This document shows, piece after piece, positions 54,101 to 64,000 of a DNA stretch of 64,000 nucleotides (its first letter is position 1; each line of letters starts with the position of its first letter). This DNA is from Chrysomallon squamiferum. Lineage: Eukaryota > Animalia > Mollusca. Made by a program: the position numbers and the translations under genes. The stretch covers positions 1,736,001 to 1,800,000 of the forward strand of contig CM022679.1 in NCBI GenBank assembly GCA_012295275.1, written 5' to 3'. The notes below the pieces were generated by a model. That model was not told where the DNA came from, ran no database searches, and was given only the letters and a program-made list of their open reading frames with translations.

Positions 54101-55640
54101 TACAAGTGAAACGTTTAAATCGTTTTGAGTAAGTGCATTTTCTATTATTATCTATGGTTTAACTAAATTATCTTCCCTATAACAAATTAAAACATTAATT
54201 CAATAGAGTTAATAAGATGTGAGTCATTATATTACTTCGTTTAGTTGTGTCTTGTTGCTATATATCTTTTTTGAATATACTATTTAGTTTTTAGAAACAA
54301 AATTTGTATAAAACATCGATTTTTCTTTTCTCTTCTTTATTTTTACTCTTTTATTAATTTCAAGAAATAAAATGTACCTCTCTCAATGAACTGTCTGTTG
54401 TAAGGGAGTTAATCCTCACACAATATGTGATCAGCAAAGCAACATAATTTCCTGTAACCATTTGATGAAACATTATTTTAAACTTACCATTTACTCATTT
54501 GGCTGATTTCGTTTGTGTTGCGATATTGTAAATTTAATTACTATTGAGAGGAAACAGTTTATACATATGTTTCACAATAATATTTTTTCTTATATAATTT
54601 AAAAATTCACAGGCTGTCACTGTCTTATTTTGGCAACACCTGGCAGCGCTGTTAATATTACTGATGAGAAATATCTGACCAAACTGGTCAAAAAAGATTT
54701 TGATGTGAGTAATCACTTGATTCATTCACAGTTTATATGTGTGTGTTATTATATTAGAGTGTTTTACTCTTTCCTTTCACAGGACAACCCCATCTAAAAT
54801 ATTACAAGATGACCCTGAACTAAAATTACCACCAACGTTCTAAATACCCGGGATACTATCACTTTTGTTTAACAAAATTTCACAGTACTATCTTTCCTAA
54901 AATTGTATCTAAACTAAACATATAAAATTAATTTCTAAAGTGCATTTGAATAAAGCGAGTCATTACAACATTCACGCTGGAATCAGCAGCAGCCGATAGA
55001 AAAAAACAAAAATAAAATTCCCGTTAAGCTGGTGTTCCTCGGGAACTGTGCATGTCAGATTAAACCAATGAGGAAAGAGAAATGAATGGTCCGATATCGT
55101 AAGCCACTTCTATAAAACAGGTCAGATAGCTGCGTCTTTTTGTTTGCGGTTACAGTGTTCGTTAACTTACAAGTGAAACGTTTAAATCGTTTTGAGTAAG
55201 TGCATTTTCTATTATTATCTATGGTTTAACTAAATTATCTTCCCTATAACAAATTAAAACATTAATTCAATAGAGTTAATAAGATGTGAGTCATTATATT
55301 ACTTCGTTTAGTTGTGTCTTGTTGCTATATATCTTTTTTGAATATACTATTTAGTTTTTAGAAACAAAATTTGTATAAAACATCGATTTTTCTGTTCTCT
55401 TTCTATTTTTACTCTTTTATTAATTTCAAGAAATAAAATGTACCTCTCTCAATGAACTGTCTGTTGTAAGGGAGTTAATCCTCACACAATATGTGATCAG
55501 CAAAGCAACATAATTTCCTGTAACCATTTGACTAAACATTATTTTATACTTAACGTTTACTCATTTGGATGATTTCGTTTGTGTTCCGTTGTTCTAAATT
55601 TAATAATATTTAGAGGAAACAATTTATATATATGTTTCAC
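51177..55640 (+). repeat. Tandem array of about 1067-bp unit (four units plus partial) containing the predicted PKS-B promoter and exon 1
   Basis: CCAAT at 51862, 52929, 53998, 55065; TATAAAA at 51908, 52975, 54044, 55111; donor GTAAGT at 51993, 53060, 54129, 55196. The unit is homologous to the reverse complement of about 21375-22460. Confidence 0.93.
55065..55195 (+). promoter_or_regulatory. Most proximal predicted promoter and non-coding exon 1 of PKS-B
   Basis: CCAAT 55065, TATAAAA 55111, donor GTAAGT 55196. Downstream sequence is collinear with PKS-A intron 1 and leads to the acceptor TTTTCAG|CGATG at 58254-58260. Confidence 0.62.
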
Positions 55641-55982
55641 AATACTATTATTTGTTATATCAATTAAGAATTCACTATGATCAAACGATTTTTTTTTCTT
55701 CTTCGTTTTTTAAATTATTACTGATTTATTTATTTGTTTATTTATTTATTAATTTATTTATTATTATAAATAGAAAATGAAGTTTGAAAAATGTTAATTA
55801 TTTTAAATTATAATAAATATCAGTTTTTACAAAAATGATTCATAAAATTTATTTAACTTTGGAAAGCCGATAATCGTCGTTTCACACGTTTGTTAAATGT
55901 TTTATATATCAGACATTAGCCGTGTTAGCAGCGTAGTATGCAACCGTGAATGATTCATAAGTATAGCATTTTTAAAGCGTTA

Positions 55983-56066
<84 letters not shown>

Positions 56067-56994
56067 GTTTGTTCGTTTTAGGGGTTTTCTTCCTATCATC
56101 TTTCGTTCTGTGTTCTTCCTTTCCGATCAGTTATGCTTTTCCTTTTGACTGTTAACGTTTTCATTTAACTCTTTGCTATAGACAACATTAAGAAATAATT
56201 ATTTTTTTTTAAATAAAATAAAAGTAAATACTTGTCCACTTCAGTATAAATTTAATTCGAAGTTGTTGCTTGAACCTGGAATATTACTGGAACACGCCCC
56301 TAAATGAAGTAATCCTAAACTTTCCTGTTTTATGTAGTAACGGTCCGATCAAAATTGTACTAAATATGTATCTGGAGCCACGAATCTTAAGGTTCTTACT
56401 TTCACAGAAGTTTCTGAATTTCCATGCTTTATAGATAAATCCTTGGTTAATGTTACGTGAATAGTTTCTGTAAAATATAATAAAAATGTAATGACGTCAG
56501 TTACTGAGCTAAAGTTAAATGTTTGTTTATTCGTTCGTTCGTTCTTACAAGTACTCATTTTTATTTTATTTTATGTATTTATTATTTTTATATACTGATA
56601 ATAATAGATGAAATTTAAATATACATATACTGGTTCTTTTGTTTTAATTTTATCTAACAGGTTTAAACCAAAAATTTCGTAACCAGTACAGGGAGAAAAT
56701 AAAAAAATGTCAAAAACAAGAAAAACAAGAAAAAGAAGAAAAAGTCAGAAATACAGTGCAATTAAATTTCAACATATGGTGAAAATATAATGAAGATATA
56801 AAATATAGTGTCATCTAGTCTTAAGTCTTATTGGACTAAAGGATTTTTAAATCATATGCACTATGATTATGACATATAAATATTTCTTGATATATCAAAC
56901 AATAAAATTTAAATGATCAATTAATAAGCATTTATAGACATTGTTCATAATTAAATGTGTAGTAAAAAGAGTTTCATAATAACATAAAAAGTAA

Positions 56995-57955
56995 CAACTG
57001 TGTATATGATTATTTACATCTACATGAATATCCCCAACCCTTTTATTATTTGGATAAACCCTGTCTAAAACTAATAACCAAGGACCCCCTGAAGACATAC
57101 TGACAACCTGGTATAGATCGTTGGCTGCTTGTACCCCTCCTGGCCTTTAAATCACAGAATGGGTTGGAGCCAAAATTCCCAATCTTTAACTGCCCTAATT
57201 AAATCAGCCTCCTCTGCAAAATTTGTCAAAACCTTAACCTGCCCCCTCGACACATCAGTAGTTTGCCCGAACAACTCTCCTTCGGCCTTGAAGATGAAGC
57301 GGATTCCTTTGGTAAATGCCAGTGAATCCTTTGGTAATAACCTGTACACTTAAAGTTAACTAGGTGGAACCTAACCGTGGGCCAGAAGAGCCTTAGCTCT
57401 GTAGCTGTCTCCTGGGGGTACGGCCACCGGAGTGAGTCTGTATCCACTCCATCCATCCAGGTATCTCATGGAAACACCTTGCCCCACCCAAAACCAAGAC
57501 TTCCACTGCATTCCGCATTCCTTCCAGATACAATGCATTTTCCGTATGTGACAAGTGCAACTCATCAGTCCTGAACAACTCGAGATCTCCCACTCTGACT
57601 GCGGGATGCCCAATAACTGCTGCTCCCTCTGCAAGGACCAGTGATTTTATTACGTTGTTCACCCGTTTCCGGGACCTTGTCTACCTGCTTTGGGTGTTTT
57701 TCCCCAAGCCAAGAGAGGCGAGGCAGCATATGATCCACACAGAGCGAAGGAGCACTCTCAGTCGCAGAGCCTAGCACGTGATTTTCTGAAAAAGTCGTTA
57801 CCATGTCATTGGATCCCTGCTGTAAAATGACAGAATTAGGTTGTGGCTGTCTAGCTGTGAGCACAGCATTCCCTTGTTACCTCGATACGATACCTAACTG
57901 ATGCAAACCTAGATTCCTTCCACCTAGCCTTGCCTGTGCCTGGATTACTACAACC
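56995..57955 (-). mobile_element. Ngaro-like retrotransposon relic (SGNH/GDSL hydrolase ORF remnant) in PKS-B intron 1
   Basis: The minus strand reads QARLGGRNLGLHQ...QPQPNSVILQQGSNDM...HMLPRLSWLG...NNVIKSLVLAEGAAVIGHPAVRVGDLELFRTDELHLSHTENALYL. This resembles the SGNH-type ORF of Ngaro elements (GxND block, DGxHLS block) and is homologous to 20430-20940. Confidence 0.7.
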
Positions 57956-58003
<48 letters not shown>

Positions 58004-58257
58004 TGCATATTTAAAAATATTCTTGACAGTGTTTTTTTGTTTGTTTTTTGTCTTTTTTAGTTGTTGTTTAAGTATTTGTTAACTGTCTACATATTATAGA
58101 TACCAGTCATATGAATACGTATTTGCTAATGTTAATTAAAATGGACTTAAGAAAATATTTACTGACATTATTAGTGAAAGATGTTATGAAATTGAACGTT
58201 AATAATTCATTAGTTTAATTTACTGGTTATTTATTTACGTACTTGTGATTTTCAGCG

Positions 58258-61200
58258 ATGGAAGGAGAAAGTGGAGGAATAGCCATTGTAGGTGTAGGAT
58301 GTCGTGTTCCTGGTGCAAACAACATCGATGAGTTCTGGCAGATTTTAGTAAAAGGAGAAAATCATGTTACTGAAATTCCATCTGAACGCTGGAATCTAGA
58401 AGCGTATACGACGAAGATGCAGATGCGCCTGGAAAGATGTATCCTAGAAAAGCAGGATTTCTATCAAAGTAACATTTCCGTTTAGTTTTCTTTCCTTCTG
58501 TTTGATAAATATAATAAATACAGCAATTAATAATATTTTTTTGTACGGAAGAAAATGATTACTATAAATTTTAGTGTCTGAACTCAGTGAAAGTAAAAGT
58601 ATAACCTTTTGCCTTTTACTTGTATTAACTAGTACAATTTTATTGGTTTCAATAATTATTAATAAAAAAAAAGCATTAGAATGAAATAATTAAAAGACAT
58701 TTCAAAAACGGTATTTTACACTTTAACCAAAGGATTCATGATATAATGGCTTTCATGACAAACTGATATCTCTTATTAAATCTTTTTCTGACAATTGAGT
58801 ATTAAAAGCAAACTGTTGTTTAACTTGTCTGATAATTTTGGTAGTAAAAGAAGAAAGAGTTAAAATCTTAATATACCTCTTTTATTCTAATTTTTTCATA
58901 CTTTAATTAAAAAAAAAAAATTGTGGTTACAAAAAGGCAGTTAAAAATATTAATGTCACTTTGAAGCATGCAGTTTAATTTTATTTTTGCTCATTTTATC
59001 CACAATTGCATTTGAAACGGGATATAAAATATATTACAGATATTACATATTTTTCTATCTTCAGCATGTGATCTAGTTTTGCTACATGATAATGTCAATG
59101 TATTGTATATTACAGTTTTGATGAATTTGATTACAAATTATTTGAAATCAACGAAAAGGAGGCACAAAAATGGATCCACAACAAAAATACATACTTGACT
59201 GTGTGTTTATGGCTTTACAAGACGGTGGATTCACAAAGAAAAGTATACAGAGATCAAAGACTGGAGTGTTCATTGGTACTAAACCAATTGTATCTTAATA
59301 AAAAAAATAAAATTCACTTTTGTTTCATTTTCTGTTTCCTTTTTATTATTTATTAATAAATTTATTCTTGAGTTAGGATTCTGCGAAGAAAGCAATTTTT
59401 TTCAGATGTAAATACCCTATATGATATATGAAAAAACAAAATTATCATTAGCAAATTTAAATTATGGAAATGCTTTTTATTTGAAATGCGGCTGATCCTG
59501 TACTGAATCCTTTAGTTACTTCTTTGGTAAAATATCAAGTTTCTGATGATTTAGGTGTAATGAATGATGACTACAGCAGACTGACATCCAGAAATGATAC
59601 GAATCACTACAGTGTAACAGGCGGTTCCACCAGCATCATGTCAGCGCGTATTAGTTACACTTTTGATCTACGTGGACCATGTCTCTCACTGAACACAGCG
59701 TGTTCTTCATCGTTAGTGGCTGTCCATCTCGGGTGTCAATCACTTAAGTCAGGTTCGTTACTCTTCATTAAGTATTCTTTATTCGTCTCAATAAAACGGA
59801 CTTTAAAAAATATCAGATTATTTTAACTTACAATTTTATAGCATTTCCAAGTTAAATGCATTTTCTCCTAAACAGATTAAAAAGTCGTCTCAACAACAAT
59901 ATTAATGTGATATAAGTATTTTTGTCTAATAAAAAATCATATTCTCTGTAATTGCTTCAGGCGAATGTAACATGGCAATATGTGGAGGAGTAAATTCGTT
60001 GTTGACACCCTCCATCTTTATACAACTGAGCAAAGCAAGAATGGTTTCACGAACTGGACAATGCCAGGCATTCTCAGCAAATGCTGATGGATATGCCAGA
60101 GGAGAAGGATGTGGAATTGTGCTGCTTAAAAAGTTATCTGATGTAAGATTTATAAAATTACATTTTCTCTTTTAATTCTGTCTTTTCAGAAATAATAATA
60201 ATAATAAGAAGAAGAAGAAGAAGAAATGCAAGAAGAAAGAAAACAAAATAAGCAACAGTTTCACAAATTATGGTCCTTAAACCTTCCATTTGCCTTTGTA
60301 ATTCTTAAAATAATAATAAAAAAATAAATAAATAAAAATTTACTATATTAATCCAACAGGCACGTAGAGATGGAGATAACATCTGGGCAACAGTTGTAAC
60401 AGGAACAAATCAAGATGGTCGGGCAGCCAGTCCAATGACTGCACCTTCTGGTGAACAACAATATCAGCTTCTGAAAACAGCTTATGAAGAGGCAGGAATT
60501 GATGCTAAACAAATAGACTACATTGAAGCCCACGGTAATCAAATACAATCTTAAAATATTGTCTTGAAAGGAATACCACCATTTAAACATCCGTAAAATA
60601 AAAAATAAATAAATAAATATTATATTATTTATAAAAAATATAAAATGTATTTAGTGTATTCCGTTATTATTTGTTATCTGGAGCATGTGATTCCAAATAC
60701 CAGCTAAGAATTAAACAAATAATGTACATTTCAGGAACTGGAACAGTAGCTGGAGATCCTGTAGAAGTGAACAGTTTGGGTCGTTTTTTTCGAGAAAGCT
60801 GATAAAAAAATAAGATACATAGGATCAGTGAAAACAAATATTGGTCATCTGGAATCTGCTGCTGGTATTGCTGGAATGATCAAGGTTTTGCTTATGATGA
60901 AGAATAACAAGATTGTTGAATCCCTTTTAACAGGAGAACAAAATCCAAGAATTGACTTTCACAAATTCCATTTTGAAATACCAACCAAGCTTACCAACTG
61001 GGATAAAGAAAGTAAAGTTGCTTGTGTCAATTCCTTTGCTTTCGGTGGTACTAACTGTCATGCTGTTATTTCTACCCACACTGAAATCCGAGAAAATAAG
61101 AAAGAAACAAACTCAAAAGTTCCATTGTTGTTTTGTTTTTCTGGCCAAGATGAAAATGCACTTCAAGATAGCATACAGGAATTCATAAAATTCTGTGAGA

Positions 61201-64000
61201 CACACACAGAAACAGATATCAAAAGTATTTCATACACATCAGCAGTGAGACGTGATCACTTTCAGACACGGAGGAGTGTGACTGCCAGTTCTTTGGATGA
61301 ACTAGTTGGTAAACTAAAGTCAGTTCACGCCGCAGAAAGTTTTCTTCCACGTAAGAAACTGATTTTTGTGTTTGGAGGGATGGGTATAGCTTGGCAGAGT
61401 ATGTGCAAGGAACTGATGACTGAATTTCAAGTATTTAAAGAAAAAATTCAAGAAATTGATAAATATCTGAAAACGTATGTATCCTGGTCACTCTATGAAA
61501 AACTTCTTGAGAACTTCGATGTCAATGACCCGATGTTTGGTCCCATCTCCATTTTTGCATGTCAGGTGGCGCTCGCTGCACTTTGGAAAGACTTAGGAAT
61601 CAAACCAGATTCAGTTTTAGGTCACAGTATTGGCGAGGTAGCAGCTTCACACACTGCAGGCATTTGGTCATTAGAAGAGGCAGTAAAAATCATATTTTAC
61701 CGAACTTCAGTTCTGGCAAATATTGGCACAGGCAAAATGTTGTTAATACGCAACTATCTGGCATCAAATGTTGAAAAAAGCTTGTCCAAATATGATGGCA
61801 GAGCAAATATTGCATTGTTTTATAGTCCAAAATCTTGTGTAATCAGTGGAGATACAGATGTTGTTGAAAAGATTGAAAGAGATATATTGTCTTCTCCAGA
61901 TATTCAAGACAGAATCAGTTTTCAGACCTTAAGACTAAACACTGCTTTCCATAGTCATCACACAGAAGATTCAAAGAACAAAATCCTTGAAGCGTTGTCT
62001 GGTATGCATGGATGTAAGCCAATAACAGAAATTATATCTACCGTTAGTGGAGAAAAAGCAACTGAAAATGACTTTTCAACGCCAGATTACTGGGGCAAAA
62101 ACATTCGAAATCCAGTTTTGTTTGGCAAAGCTGTTGTAAATGCTACACAGAAGGAAAAGTTCAACATATTTGTTGAAATAGGACCAAAACCAGTGTTAGG
62201 TAATAACATTGCCGATTTGTTTACCGATGAAAATGTTGTGTCTGTTCCTTCTATTTGCTTTATGGAAAGCATTGGCAAACTCCATGAACATGGATTTAGC
62301 CTTAACTGGCAAAAACTCTATGACAAATCACAGAAGAACTCTGCTTCACCCAAATACACTTTCTCTAGAAATAAATGTCTTCACATATCCGATGAGAAAA
62401 CACAGGAACTGATGGGCATGGAACCCTGTAATAATTTACATCCTTTTCTGATGACCATTGACTGCAGTTAGGAACACAAGATAATAGTCTCACCCAAGTC
62501 AATACCCAGTGTTTACGAACACAGGTTCTCAGGAAGAATTCTGATTCCTGGAGCTCTTTACGCAGAAGCAGGCTTTGCTATTGCAAAACATCATTTCAAA
62601 GAAACTGAAACAACCAGCGTTTCTGTCAAATTCAAACATCCTGTGATTCTTCAGACAGGACGCACTGAAGAACTTGATGTTTATAAAAATGTCTCTGAAG
62701 AAGCCATACAGTTTGTAGTTGAGAAAAAGGGTAATAAATTTGTAGAAGGAACAATTGAGAAAAGAGAACTTTATCCAGACATTACAGTAGATATTCAGAA
62801 TGTGAAACGGATATGCACAGCGTGTCTAACAAAACAAGATATCTATGAAAATCTCCAGGATATTGGAATGACATTTGGAAATGTACTTCAGCTATTAGGA
62901 GATTCGGTTAGAAATGACACAGAAGTCTTATCAGTCTTGATTTTGAATTCCGATATCAAACAGGAAATGAAAGAAACCACAATGCATCCTGCAGTTTTGG
63001 ACGCAATGCTTCAGACTACAGGCGCTTTTCACCAGAAAGATGCAGAGAAACAGAAGTCACTCCCAGTTCAAATAGAAGGCCTCAGGATCAGGAAACGTGT
63101 TGAAGACAGAATGCTAGTGTATACAAAAATTATCAAACAAACTGACATCTTCAAGCAATTTCACATAAAACTGCTTTCTGCTGATGGAAGTGTTCTGGCA
63201 GAAATAGGCAGATTTATTACAAAAGCTCTGGGTTCACAGGCAGAGGAACTGTTATTTCAGATGAAATGGATGCCTACTGCAAAAATCAAAACATCAGAAG
63301 TTCATACTGATTCAAACAAGAAATGGCTTATTGTCATTGACAAAAATCAAAGGGAAGCATTATCCAATAAATTGGGTGCAGAATACGTAGAAACAGATAA
63401 TGCAGATAACGATTTCATTCAGAAACTTCAGATCAAATCCAAAGCTATAGAAGCAGCTACTGCAATACTTTTCTTGTGTCCCCAAGAAATATTAGATCAG
63501 TCAGAAGGCCAATTCCTTAAGCCAATTCTCAAGCACTCAATGAAACTGCAGAAACTTGTCAAACATCTCAGCAATACGGGAAATACAAACATTCCTCTCT
63601 TTGTAATTACTCAGAATGCTGTACATGTGACAAATAGCATTTCCATAAATCTTGTGGGTGCGTCACTTTGGGGTTTGTTTAGAACAGTGATAAGAGAGCA
63701 AATATGTGATAAAGCTGTCATTGTTGACATCCATTCAAATGAAAAAAGTTCTTTTCTGATGTTAACAGATGCTACAATAATCCATCTTCTTAAGCAAGAC
63801 AACAGAGACGGTCCTAATGAATTTGTTGTTGAGGAAAATACCATCTGGTCTCAGCAAATAATTCCAAATGAAGAAATGCCATTATATCGAAATAATCGGT
63901 CAGATGAACTCTGCAAAGCCAGTTTGTATGTAGAAAATGAAGACATGTCTAAACCACATCTCCAGTATGATGATCAAGAAAGAAAAGGTTCACATGAAGA
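58258..64000 (+). pseudogene. Type I PKS copy B (KS-AT-DH-pseudoKR, runs off window), disrupted paralog of copy A
   Basis: Exons 58258-58468, 59116-59275, 59555-59752, 59961-60142, 60360-60534, 60735->64000, with the same splice sites as copy A. Lesions: 1-nt deletion near 58406, 1-nt deletion near 59168, 2-nt deletion near 60790, 21-nt in-frame deletion near 62253, TAG at 62469-62471. The frame then appears to stay open to the window end. Confidence 0.88.

Noticed and set aside
51331-54725. Repeated 63-aa minus-strand ORF in the 1067-bp array
   Set aside because: Broken in one unit and not conserved in frame in the PKS-A homolog; a by-product of the repeat.
39850-55640. CRISPR-like or rRNA/tRNA arrays
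   Set aside because: Units are over 1 kb with no spacer structure and no recognisable structural RNA sequence.

Overview
AT-rich, microsatellite-dense animal genomic DNA, probably molluscan (judged only from repeat style and gene content). The window is dominated by two paralogous intron-containing type I polyketide synthase (PKS) genes in divergent, head-to-head orientation. Copy A is on the minus strand (ATG 18485, stop 9006, about 2540 codons, one +1 frameshift near 11630-11695). Its architecture is KS-AT-DH-pseudoKR-degenerate ER-KR-ACP followed by a C-terminal NRPS-type condensation domain that lacks the HHxxxDG histidines. Copy B is on the plus strand from 58258 and runs off the window; it carries three frameshifts, a 21-nt deletion and a nonsense codon. 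The copies are a mosaic of near-identical and clearly diverged blocks, suggesting gene conversion. The predicted promoter and non-coding first exon of copy B is tandemly amplified four times (about 1067-bp unit). Around and between the PKS genes lie decayed, intron-containing fragments of unrelated genes (CD36/SR-B, a Wnt terminal exon, an ABCA transporter), transposon relics (Sola-like, Ngaro/DIRS-like, Tigger), a 1268-bp tandem array and dispersed duplications. All calls come from manual reading and motif recall; no searches were run.
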